From Verrucomicrobiota bacterium (GTDB lineage: Bacteria; Verrucomicrobiota; Kiritimatiellia; RFP12; UBA1067), in the NCBI GenBank assembly GCA_050874585.1, contig JBNMKZ010000004.1, positions 7 through 64,006 of the forward strand: DNA of 64,000 nt, read 5' to 3'. Made by a program: the position numbers and the translations under genes. The notes beneath the pieces were generated by a model. It was not told the origin of the DNA. It saw only the letters and a program-made list of their open reading frames with translations, and did not search any database. Positions 49,947 through 58,831 of this stretch are shown one piece after another. How positions within the stretch are numbered: the first letter of the stretch is position 1; each line of letters opens with the position of its first letter.

Positions 49947-51941
49947 ATGAAGCCTATCTTTTCCATCGCAGGTGTCGTTATTGGAGGCTGTTGTGCATGG
50001 TCGCTTTTGGCGGGTACACTTCCGTCTCCGGCGGAGTTGGACGTGTTGCCACTCGGAAGCGTTCGGGCAGAAGGGTGGCTTTTGCGGCAGCTGGAAAAGC
50101 AGCGCGACGGATTGACGGGGCATGCGGAGGAGCTTTACGACGACATCGGGGCGTCCGATTGGCTGACCAATGCCGGGAGAGGTGGCCAGTATGCCTGGGA
50201 GCGAGGCCCCTACTACGCGAAAGGACTGGTGGCGTTGGCCTTGACCCTGGACGATGCCGCGCTGAAGCAGAAGGCTCGGCGGTGGGTGGACGCGGCACTC
50301 GCCTCCCAACGGCCGTCTGGCGACTTTGGTCCGAAAGCCGACAACTGGTGGGCAAACATGATTGTGCTCCACTACCTGAGAGACTGGGCCGAGGTGACGG
50401 GTGATGTGCGCATTGAGCCATTCCTGCGCCGCTATTTTGCCTACCAGTCTAAGCGACTTGCAGGCTGTCCGCTTCTTGCCGATTCGGCCTGGGCGGCTTG
50501 TCGGGTGGGGGATGAACTTGAGGTGGTTCTGTGGCTCTACAAGCGAACGGGTTCGCCAGAACTGCTCGATTTTGCCAAATTGCTGACAGCGCAGGCTTCC
50601 GATTGGACGACCTATTACCGTGAGGGTGGGAACGGACGCTGGGCCGAGGGGTATCGGATGCACATCGTGAACTTTATGCAGGGGCTCAAGTTCCCGGCTC
50701 TTCGGTTCCGCCTTTTTGGCGAGGAGCGCGACCGTTTGGCGTATGACGCGGCGTTCGATGCCGCCGGATGGGCCATGCAGATGCACGGCCGCCCCGATCG
50801 AATGCTCAATGGAACGGAACCTCTCTCAGGTCGGGATACGACGGAGGGAACGGAACTTTGCGCCATTGCGGAGCGGATTCTCTCCTGCCGCGATGTCATC
50901 GCGGCAACGGGGAATCTGAAGGCGGCGGACGACATGGAGATTGTGGCGTACAATGCACTGCCCGCCATTCTGGGCGATGACGGGCGTGGCGTTCGCTACT
51001 ACCTCGTGCTGAATCAGCCGAATTGCCGCGTGGAGGGGCGCAATGGGTTCGAGTGCAATGAGGAAGGCGGGGCGGTCACCCCGGGCCCAGATTCCGGATA
51101 TGGTTGCTGTCGCTCCAATTACCACTTCGCGTGGCCGAAGTTTACGCAGTCGCTTTGGATGCGAAAGGGGGACGGCCTCGCGGCAGTTGCCTATGCGCCT
51201 TCATTACTGAAAACGGAGCGTGCGACCATTCGAACGGAGGGGTCGTATCCTTTCGGCGATTCGGTTGCCTTGAAGATTCTTTCTGCGGATGGCGCGAAAT
51301 GGCCGCTCTTTGTCCGTGTGCCAGGCTGGAGTCGCGGCGCGGCAGTTTGTGTGAATGGCGAGAAGGTGCCCGCTGCACGAGCGGGTGAGTTCGTGCGGAT
51401 TGACCGCGCATGGAAGGCTGGTGATTGCGTCGCCTTGACCTTCCCCGCCGAGATTACGACGGAAAGGGGCCTCAACCAGTGCGTTTCCGTGCGGAGAGGC
51501 CCAATCGTCTATGTCGCGGCTCCTGCCGCCGAGATTCGGGAATTGCCGACATCATCCAATCGCACGGGCTTCCCCGTGCGCGAGTATCTTGCGAAGGATG
51601 ACTGGAATTGGATGCTGCTGATGGCGGATGATGGCCAAAGCCTTGACGCGGCTTCGTTCACGCCTGCCACGGCGGATTCCATCAAGGATCCGTTTCGGCA
51701 GGAAGCCGCCCCCTGCCGCCTGGTTGTCAAGGCGAGCCGAACGGGCTTTGGCGGATGGGGAACCTATCGTCCCGATCGCGGCGGACTCTTCTCGTTGCGC
51801 ATCCTTGAGCCGCCGCCGTCCCCCGTGCCGCCGGCGATGCAGGTCTCGGCCGTGCAGAACCTGGAACTTGTACCCCTTGGGTCAACGCAAATCCGCATCA
51901 CGTCCTTTCCATGGACAGTGTCGCGGCCTGCGGTTCGGTAA
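49947..51941 (+). CDS. glycoside hydrolase family 127 (DUF1680, beta-L-arabinofuranosidase-like)
   Basis: 664 aa with a signal peptide and the GH127-like Cys-containing region GYGCCRSNY. Confidence 0.85.
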   Translation: MKPIFSIAGVVIGGCCAWSLLAGTLPSPAELDVLPLGSVRAEGWLLRQLEKQRDGLTGHAEELYDDIGASDWLTNAGRGGQYAWERGPYYAKGLVALALTLDDAALKQKARRWVDAALASQRPSGDFGPKADNWWANMIVLHYLRDWAEVTGDVRIEPFLRRYFAYQSKRLAGCPLLADSAWAACRVGDELEVVLWLYKRTGSPELLDFAKLLTAQASDWTTYYREGGNGRWAEGYRMHIVNFMQGLKFPALRFRLFGEERDRLAYDAAFDAAGWAMQMHGRPDRMLNGTEPLSGRDTTEGTELCAIAERILSCRDVIAATGNLKAADDMEIVAYNALPAILGDDGRGVRYYLVLNQPNCRVEGRNGFECNEEGGAVTPGPDSGYGCCRSNYHFAWPKFTQSLWMRKGDGLAAVAYAPSLLKTERATIRTEGSYPFGDSVALKILSADGAKWPLFVRVPGWSRGAAVCVNGEKVPAARAGEFVRIDRAWKAGDCVALTFPAEITTERGLNQCVSVRRGPIVYVAAPAAEIRELPTSSNRTGFPVREYLAKDDWNWMLLMADDGQSLDAASFTPATADSIKDPFRQEAAPCRLVVKASRTGFGGWGTYRPDRGGLFSLRILEPPPSPVPPAMQVSAVQNLELVPLGSTQIRITSFPWTVSRPAVR

Positions 51942-51958
51942 TCCCATCCATCAGAATA

Positions 51959-51967
51959 TGGTATAAT
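51959..51967 (+). promoter_or_regulatory. extended -10 TGGTATAAT for queA
   Basis: Ends 12 nt before ATG 51980. Confidence 0.55.
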
Positions 51968-51979
51968 GAAGGCCAAGAG

Positions 51980-53068
51980 ATGAAGACATCACAATTTTGG
52001 TATCCGCTTCCGGAGCGGCTCATTGCCCAGCACCCCGCCGAGAAGCGTGGAACGGAGCGCATGATGGTTTTGCACCGTGCGACGGGGGTCATCGAGCATC
52101 GTCACATCGCCGACATCGTCGACTACATCACGCCGAACGACTTGCTCGTCGTCAATGACACGAAGGTCTTTCCGGCGCGGCTGATTGGCAAGTGGGAGGA
52201 TTCGGACGGTGCGGTCGAGGTCCTGATGATTGCGGCTGCTCCCGAGAGTGAGACGACGAAGGAACTCGTCTGGAACTGCATGCTGGGAAGCGGGCGGAAG
52301 TGCCGCGAAGGGCAGATTGCCGTCTTCGGCCCGAATCACGAACTGAAGGTCCGTCTGCTGAAGCCCCTGTCGGGGATTGGTATGTGGAAGGTCGAGTTCC
52401 TCTGCGAGCGGCCACTGATGGATTTGCTGGATGAGTTCGGCCATACTCCCGTGCCGCCCTATGTCAAGCGCGAGGGAACGCGTGAGGAGGAACTCGAAGA
52501 CCGTGTCCGCTACCAGACGATTTACGCCAAGCATGTCGGCTCGGTTGCCGCGCCGACGGCGGGCCTGCATTTCACGCCGGAGATTTTCGCGGCACTTGAG
52601 GCGAAGGGCGTGAAGCGCGTGGCCGTCACGCTTCACGTCGGGCCGGGGACGTTCCGTCCCGTGAAGGCGGAGAATATCGAGGACCACCAGATGGACTTCG
52701 AGGCGTTCACCGTTCCACCGGAAACGGCGGAGGCAATCAACGCCTGCAAGGCTCGCGGCGGACGCGTCTTCTGCGTCGGGTCGACGACCGTGCGGACGCT
52801 TGAGACCGTGGCGAACCGTCCGCGGGAAGACGGTTCGGACGAGCCGCTCGTCGTGCCGGGGTCGGGTGCTTCGAATATCTTCATCTATCCGCCCTATACC
52901 TTCAAGGTTTGCGACTGTATGCTGACGAATTTCCATCTTCCTCAGTCGACCCTGCTGATGATGATTTCGGCCCTTGCCGGACGCGAACGCGTCCTGTGCG
53001 CCTATGCCCTGGCCATTCGTGCGCAGTACATGTTCTTCAGCTACGGTGATTGCATGCTCATCGTCTAA
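51980..53068 (+). CDS. queA: S-adenosylmethionine:tRNA ribosyltransferase-isomerase
   Basis: Internal ATG 51980. QueA-like throughout (PLPERLIAQHP, TNFHLPQSTLLMM). Confidence 0.95.
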   Translation: MKTSQFWYPLPERLIAQHPAEKRGTERMMVLHRATGVIEHRHIADIVDYITPNDLLVVNDTKVFPARLIGKWEDSDGAVEVLMIAAAPESETTKELVWNCMLGSGRKCREGQIAVFGPNHELKVRLLKPLSGIGMWKVEFLCERPLMDLLDEFGHTPVPPYVKREGTREEELEDRVRYQTIYAKHVGSVAAPTAGLHFTPEIFAALEAKGVKRVAVTLHVGPGTFRPVKAENIEDHQMDFEAFTVPPETAEAINACKARGGRVFCVGSTTVRTLETVANRPREDGSDEPLVVPGSGASNIFIYPPYTFKVCDCMLTNFHLPQSTLLMMISALAGRERVLCAYALAIRAQYMFFSYGDCMLIV

Positions 53069-53070
53069 TA

Positions 53071-53079
53071 TGGTATAAT
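53071..53079 (+). promoter_or_regulatory. extended -10 TGGTATAAT, leaderless
   Basis: TATAAT ends 7 nt before ATG 53087. Confidence 0.6.
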
Positions 53080-53086
53080 TTAAGAA

Positions 53087-53800
53087 ATGCCGTTATTTGT
53101 ACCAAGAGATCGCAAGTCACTGTTCCGTCAGTTCCTGGCGGGAATGTACGATGCCGTTATCATTACGGACCCGAATGGGCACGTGATTGAGATTAACCCG
53201 CGTGCCGAGGAGCACTTCGGGTATACGCAGGAAGAGGTTGTGGACCGTCCTATCTCGATGTTCATTTCGGGCCTCTCGACCGAAATCGTCCAGCGCATTC
53301 GGCGCGGGCTTGAGGAGAATCATCGGATGCTGGTCGACGGCAATGGGATTTGCAAGGGCGGGCGAAAGTTCTCCTGTGAAGTGACGATTTCGGTCATCGA
53401 CCTGATGGATCCCTCCGACTTGGTCTTCACCGTCCGGAACACGGAACGCCGGCGCAAGTTGCGCGAACGCCTGCGGACGAAGGAGAACGCGTTCGACATC
53501 TCGAACGCGGCACTTTTCGCCTGCGATCGTGAAGGGCATTTCACCGAAGTCAACAACGCCTTTCTTGAGATGTTTGGGCTGGAAGATGCCGAAGCCGCCC
53601 GCAAGCTCGTCTTTACGGACTTGATTGACGATGATCCCTTGCCGTCGGACTTCAAGAAAGCCCTGAATGGCGAGTCGTCGACCGTCGGGATTGTCGCGGA
53701 GACGGAGGGCGAAGGCCGCGAGGAGATTGAGGTCAAGCTTGGCCCGAACAGAATTGGCAGCCGTACGGTCGGTGTCGTCGGCAGCATTTTGAAGGTTTAA
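53087..53800 (+). CDS. tandem PAS-domain protein without an output domain
   Basis: Two PAS-like segments (ITDPNGHVIEIN..., CDREGHFTEVNNAF...). Confidence 0.75.
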   Translation: MPLFVPRDRKSLFRQFLAGMYDAVIITDPNGHVIEINPRAEEHFGYTQEEVVDRPISMFISGLSTEIVQRIRRGLEENHRMLVDGNGICKGGRKFSCEVTISVIDLMDPSDLVFTVRNTERRRKLRERLRTKENAFDISNAALFACDREGHFTEVNNAFLEMFGLEDAEAARKLVFTDLIDDDPLPSDFKKALNGESSTVGIVAETEGEGREEIEVKLGPNRIGSRTVGVVGSILKV

Positions 53801-54739
53801 TTGATTATGCGTCGTGCACCACAGCATTCGGCGGGCATTACCTCGCTCATTGTCAACAAGACGGACCCCAAGTTCCTCCAGGACTTCCTTTCTCTTAAGT
53901 TCTCACTTTCGCGGCGGACGGCCAAGGCGATGATTGACGGGCGCAATGTCTGGGTCAATCGCACGTGCGTGTGGATTGCGCGCTTCGCCCTCAATACGGG
54001 GGATGTGATTGAAATCCCGGCGAATGTCGTCAAGGGTGCGGTTCGGCAGTCCGCGAAGTCCGATGGTGCAGGTTCGTCGCGGGGTGAGGCGGTGGCGAAG
54101 TCGTCGCCGCGTCGCCATATCCGCGTCCTCTGGCAGAATGAGAACTACCTGGTTGCCGACAAGCCGTCGGGGATCGTCAGTTGCGACGACCCGCATTCGG
54201 TCGAGACGACGCTCCGCGAGCAGGAGAAGATTCCGACGCTGGAGGCGGTACACCGCTTGGACCGCGACACGACGGGGTGCCTCTTGCTGGCGAAGAACCA
54301 CGCGGCACTTTTGGCGGCAATTGAGATGTTCAAGACGCATCGCGTGTCGAAAGTCTATCACGCGATTGCCCTCGGCAAGTTCAAGTACTCCCACCAGTTG
54401 ATTAACACGCCCTTGGATGACCAGCCCGCCGTCTCGAAAGTGACGCGTGAGGCGGCATCGGACGATGCGAGTTTCCTGCGTGTGCGCATTGAGACTGGTC
54501 GGACGAACCAGATTCGCCGCCATCTCTCCTCCGTGCGTGCGCCGATTGTCGGCGACCGCGTGTTTGGGCTGAAGAATGCGCGTGATCCGCGCATGATGCG
54601 CATTGCGCGGCAGATGCTTCATGCCTCGACGCTGACATTGCCCGACCCCATGAAGCCGCACAGCGAGATCAATGTCCACTCGCCCCTGCCGGCGGACTTC
54701 CGTTCAGCCCTCCGTCTTTTTGGCATGGGCAAGAAATAA
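53801..54739 (+). CDS. RluA-family pseudouridine synthase with an S4 domain
   Basis: Catalytic motif HRLDRDTTG and an N-terminal S4-like region. Confidence 0.9.
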   Translation: MIMRRAPQHSAGITSLIVNKTDPKFLQDFLSLKFSLSRRTAKAMIDGRNVWVNRTCVWIARFALNTGDVIEIPANVVKGAVRQSAKSDGAGSSRGEAVAKSSPRRHIRVLWQNENYLVADKPSGIVSCDDPHSVETTLREQEKIPTLEAVHRLDRDTTGCLLLAKNHAALLAAIEMFKTHRVSKVYHAIALGKFKYSHQLINTPLDDQPAVSKVTREAASDDASFLRVRIETGRTNQIRRHLSSVRAPIVGDRVFGLKNARDPRMMRIARQMLHASTLTLPDPMKPHSEINVHSPLPADFRSALRLFGMGKK

Positions 54740-54804
54740 TTCGCGGCGAACGAGCGAAACTGCCGCGCTCGCGAGTGGCGCAGGCCGTTCCACCCTGAAA
54801 GACA

Positions 54805-54843
54805 AAGCGGATGCAACCCATGAGGTTGCATCCGCTTGTTTTC
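54805..54843. terminator. bidirectional terminator between convergent genes
   Basis: 14-bp stem AAGCGGATGCAACC / GGTTGCATCCGCTT, T-rich on the + side and A-rich upstream. Confidence 0.85.
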
Positions 54844-54859
54844 GTTCTACTTCCGTGGA

Positions 54860-56575
54860 TTACGCGAGAAGCGCACGAATGGCGTCGACGGCTCCGTCGG
54901 GCGCAACAATCTTCATCTGCGACTTGTCCTGGTCGCGGCGCTTGATCTCGATGCCGCCATTGGCGAGCCCCTTCGCGCCAACGACGGCACGCACGGGGAA
55001 TCCGATGAGGTCGGCATCCTTGAACTTCACGCCGGGACGCTCCGCACGATCGTCCACGATGACATCAATGCCCGCCGCCTCCAGGCTGGCTTCCAGTGTC
55101 TCGGCGGTCTTGGCGACCTCGGGCTGGTCGGGATCGAGCAGGTCGATGACGACCTGGTAGGGCGCGACCGAGGCCGGCCAGATGATGCCGTCCTTGTCGT
55201 GGCTCTGCTCAATGACGGCCTGAACGGTGCGGCTGATGCCGATTCCGTAGCAGCCCATGACCATGGTCTGCTCCTTGAGTTCGGCCGTCTTGTAGGTCGC
55301 GTGAAAGGCATCCGTATACTTGGTGCCGAGTTTGAAGACGTGGCCGACTTCAATGCCGCGCTTGATGACGAGGGGCTTGCCGCACTTCGCGCAGATGTCG
55401 CCGTCCTTCACCACGATGAGATCCGTGTAGTCCGATTCGGCAATCGAGCAGTCGCGGGCGAGGTCAACGTTCTTGAAGTGGAAGTCATCCTTGTTGGCAC
55501 CGACGATGCAGCCCCGTGCGCCCTTGAGGCCGATGTCGCAGACGATTCTCAGCGACTGGTCGGCGGGTTTCACCGGACCGACTGAACCGGCATTCGCGCC
55601 GGAAGCCTTGAGCACCGTTTCGTAGTCGGCCAGCTCGACTTTCTTCGCATTGAGGAAGTGGCGGAGCTTGACCTCGTTGACATCCCTGTCGCCCTCGACG
55701 CAGACCATGACGGGCTTGCCGTCGGCGGAATAGATGAGGGACTTGACGAACGCCGAGCCAGGCACGCCCATGAACGCGGAAACCTGGTCAATCGTCTTCG
55801 CCCCGGGCGTTGCGACCTCCTCGTAGGCCGGGCATTCGGGGTCGTGTCGTTCGGCAACCTTGCGCTCGGCCTTTTCGAGATTCGCGGCATAACCGCAGGC
55901 ACCACAGAAGGCGATGCCGTCCTCGCCTGCGTCCGCAAGCACGTGGAACTCGTGCGAGAACTTGCCGCCAATGTCGCCGGTGTCGGCCTCAACGGGATAG
56001 GCCTTCAGTCCGCAGCGGGTGAAGATGCGCTTGTAGGCCTCGAACATGGCCATGTAGCTCTTGTCGGCGGCTTCCATGGAGACGTCGAAGGAGTAGGCAT
56101 CCTTCATCATGAATTCCTTTGAGCGCATCAGGCCAAAGCGCGGGCGAATCTCGTCGCGGAACTTCCACTGGAACTGGTAGACGGTCACGGGAAGCTGGCG
56201 GTAGGAACTGATGACGCTGCGAATGACTTCGGTCACGGTTTCCTCGGCCGTCGGACTCATCGCGTAGTCATGCTGGGCGCGATCCTTGACGCGGAACATG
56301 TTCGGACCCATCGATTCCCAGCGCCCGGACTGCTTCCAGAGCTCGGCCGGCTGGAGGACGGGCATCGTGATTTCAAGGGCGCCCGCACGGTCCATCTCTT
56401 CGCGGATAATGCGCGTCACTTTGGCAAAGGCACGCTGGCCGAGGGGAAGATAGGTGTAAAGCCCGCCGGCGAGCTTCTTGATAAGCCCAGCCCGGACGAG
56501 GAGCTTGTGAGAGTCAATTTCGGCATCACCGGGATTCTCCCGGAGCGTCTGAATGAGCGATTTAGTCCATTTCAT
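54860..56575 (-). CDS. proS: proline--tRNA ligase
   Basis: 571 aa, bacterial-type ProRS with an editing insertion. Confidence 0.95.
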   Translation of the reverse strand: MKWTKSLIQTLRENPGDAEIDSHKLLVRAGLIKKLAGGLYTYLPLGQRAFAKVTRIIREEMDRAGALEITMPVLQPAELWKQSGRWESMGPNMFRVKDRAQHDYAMSPTAEETVTEVIRSVISSYRQLPVTVYQFQWKFRDEIRPRFGLMRSKEFMMKDAYSFDVSMEAADKSYMAMFEAYKRIFTRCGLKAYPVEADTGDIGGKFSHEFHVLADAGEDGIAFCGACGYAANLEKAERKVAERHDPECPAYEEVATPGAKTIDQVSAFMGVPGSAFVKSLIYSADGKPVMVCVEGDRDVNEVKLRHFLNAKKVELADYETVLKASGANAGSVGPVKPADQSLRIVCDIGLKGARGCIVGANKDDFHFKNVDLARDCSIAESDYTDLIVVKDGDICAKCGKPLVIKRGIEVGHVFKLGTKYTDAFHATYKTAELKEQTMVMGCYGIGISRTVQAVIEQSHDKDGIIWPASVAPYQVVIDLLDPDQPEVAKTAETLEASLEAAGIDVIVDDRAERPGVKFKDADLIGFPVRAVVGAKGLANGGIEIKRRDQDKSQMKIVAPDGAVDAIRALLA

Positions 56576-56583
56576 AGGCGGAT

Positions 56584-56592
56584 ATTATACCA
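56584..56592 (-). promoter_or_regulatory. extended -10 TGGTATAAT for proS, near-leaderless
   Basis: TATAAT ends 8 nt before the start codon at 56575. A 25-nt repeat-tail module abuts it (56595-56619). Confidence 0.6.
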
Positions 56593-56676
56593 TAAACCGC
56601 CTGCTCGGGGGCTTGCGCGGCGGCCTGCGGGGGGTCGGGGGCGCCGCCCCCGTCCCTTCGCCAAGGCGGCATCGGC

Positions 56677-57102
56677 CTAACGTCGGTTGACGCGGTCGCC
56701 CTTGAGCCGCCAGCTGAAGTCGCTCGTCGAAAGGTCCAACTTGGCAAGGGGGCTGACGCGCACGACAAGCTTGTTCTTGCTCGACAATCTCCCATCCTTT
56801 TCGACCGACCCCTTCAGAAACGGCTGGAGGCGAAGGTAGCCATCCAGATTGACGGCGTTTCCCTTTTCAAGGTGCTCCCGGACCAGGCCCATCACGCACT
56901 CAAACTGGGACTTCAAGAACTCCTCGCTCCCCATGGTGGCACCCCTATCCTTCGCACCCTTGATCAGCTCGTTGAACCCGACGGTCTTCTGCCCCAGTAT
57001 CCTCGGCGTATGCGTCACGGTCTTCCGAATCGGATGCTTGAAGTCGACAACCTGGTACTCCAGGACCTTCCTGTTGGCATACACCTCCAGTTTCTTGCTC
57101 AT
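56677..57102 (-). CDS. HU-like (Bacteroidota-type HU-HIG/DUF4469-like) DNA-binding protein
   Basis: The internal start at 57102 is preceded by the SD aaggag. 141 aa, MSKKLEVYANRKVLEYQVVDF...; the pattern resembles histone-like HU-HIG proteins as I recall them. Confidence 0.6.
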   Translation of the reverse strand: MSKKLEVYANRKVLEYQVVDFKHPIRKTVTHTPRILGQKTVGFNELIKGAKDRGATMGSEEFLKSQFECVMGLVREHLEKGNAVNLDGYLRLQPFLKGSVEKDGRLSSKNKLVVRVSPLAKLDLSTSDFSWRLKGDRVNRR

Positions 57103-57157
57103 GAACCCGAACTCCTTTCTTCGCAAATCCAGTCCCTCATCAACCGGAATGGGAGGA

Positions 57158-57166
57158 ATTGTACCA
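57158..57166 (-). promoter_or_regulatory. extended -10 TGGTACAAT for the HU-like gene
   Basis: Read on the minus strand, about 55 nt upstream of the start at 57102. Confidence 0.5.
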
Positions 57167-57284
57167 TTTCGTACGCATGGACCGCAAGCGGATTCCACGG
57201 TCGCGGCGCGGCAAAAGTACAGGAGCGCGGCGAAATGTCCACAGGAGATAGTGCGATCCTGTACATCAGACGAGCGAGTCCTAC

Positions 57285-57616
57285 TCATGAATGCGGGTCA
57301 TTCCTCTCATGCAAAAGGGCAAGACATCTCATGAACAAGGGTCAACCATGTCACAACGAAGGGCGGAGATGTACAGGACAAAGGGAAAGTACCATGCTAC
57401 TTTTGATAAAGCACCATGCTGGTTTGTCCAAACCACCATGCTACTTTTCACAAACCAGCATGGTGGTTTCCGCTTGTCATAAGATCCCTGACCCTTCTTC
57501 ATGAGATGTCCGACCCTTCTTCATGAGATGTCTTGCCCTTTTGTATGACAGGAATTTCACCAAATCAAGGGAGGAATTGCCCGTCGTCATGAGATTGTTT
57601 GGCCCGTTTCTTAGGA
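57285..57616. repeat. dyad-symmetric array of about fifteen 22-bp-phased units (array III)
   Basis: Left units TCAnnAnnAAGGGnnA start at 57285, 57307, 57329, 57351 and 57372. Four 7-4-7 palindromes with a CATG centre start at 57386, 57408, 57430 and 57452. Inverted copies of the left units start at 57489, 57511, 57533 and 57577. The symmetry axis is at 57427.5. Confidence 0.9.
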
Positions 57617-57617
57617 A

Positions 57618-57898
57618 TGCCGCGGGATGCCTGTGGTCGGCCTTGTCCCTCCTCTCGGGCGAGGGGGTGAGCGCGAAGTGTCGCGAGTGAGGTCTTCCAC
57701 GGGGCGCCACCGTGAGAGTTGTCTTGTCCGAAACCAGTGATAACCACCGAGGCTGGACAGGCTAAGTAAACTTTTGTTGCCCAGGCGCGAAAGGTGAGCG
57801 CAACCGTGGAAGCCGAGACCGAGCGACAGCTTCGCGCAAGCCCCCGAGCAAGCGGTTCCTGCGGGGCAGAACACGAAAACCTTCAGTGAATTTCAGTG
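57618..57898 (+). repeat. long repeat copy A (candidate structured RNA or mobile repeat)
   Basis: 57618-57867 matches 58173-58422 with 2 mismatches in 250 nt. The shared tail CTTCAGTGAATTTCAGTG ends at 57898. Confidence 0.9.
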
Positions 57899-58126
57899 TC
57901 GGTCGATAGACCGTTCAGTGTGTTCTGTGGCAGAAAACAAGCACTCCCTCCACCCACGCCGTCGGATCATCCGTCCCTTCGGGACTGCGAACCCCTCAGT
58001 TCGCCGTCGCCGCGCCCCACCCGCTCCTCCCTCCGCCCGCTCGTGGGCCTGTCCGGGGCTTCGCGAACGGCAGTCGCATGGACGGGGAATGGCACATTCG
58101 GCCCTGCTTGGGAGGCCGGGGAAAAG

Positions 58127-58495
58127 CCACACCGCGCAGGCGTTCAGAAGGCGCAAGCGCGGCAAAACCATCTGCCGCGGGATGCCTGTGGTCGGCCTTG
58201 TCCCTCCTCTCGGGCGAGGGGGTGAGCGCGAAGTGTCGCGAGTGAGGTCTTCCACGGGGCGCCACCGTGAGAGTTGTCCTGTCCGAAACCAGTGATAACC
58301 ACCGAGGCTGGACAGGCTAAGTAAACTTTTGTTGCCCAAGCGCGAAAGGTGAGCGCAACCGTGGAAGCCGAGACCGAGCGACAGCTTCGCGCAAGCCCCC
58401 GAGCAAGCGGTTCCTGCGGGGCTGACACGAAAATTCACGAAAGCCGCCTGACGGCGGACACGAAACCGCCGCGCCCTCTTCAGTGAATTTCAGTG
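58127..58495 (+). repeat. long repeat copy B with a 5' extension shared with copy C
   Basis: The 5' extension CCACACCGCGCAGGCGT...CGCGGCA...TGCCGCG matches 61040-61121. The core is 99% identical to A. There is a 3' insertion relative to A. Confidence 0.9.
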
Positions 58496-58831
58496 ACCGC
58501 CGCTAGGCATGGTAAACTCCAGGGGTAAAAATGGGTGTAGATTGCGAAGTAAGTGGACAGGGGCGACGGTAGGTCGGCGAGGGTCGCTTGTCCCCATGTC
58601 TTGAAGGCACGGATTTGCCTTGGAAGCCAAGACTCCACTGTGGGGCCTGCGTGTCCCGCGCGGAGTCCGTTCATTGGAGATTCCCCAATTTTTGAGGCAA
58701 GAAAATCGCCGCGCCCTTGAAAACAAAGGGTGAAGTGGCGATTTCCGTTTTGCGCCAAGTGAAAATCCGACAATAGGAGCACCGAGGCGTTCCGTGTCGA
58801 GACGCAGAAATTGGCCGTTGCGAGGGGTTCG

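Noticed and set aside
57611-58438. ORFs predicted inside the long repeats (57611-57874, 57893-58438, 57918-58295, 60800-61261, 60827-61447).
   Set aside because: Differences between copies are scattered and non-synonymous. The products are Arg/Pro/Gly-rich with no motifs. Both strands appear open, as expected for GC-rich non-coding DNA.
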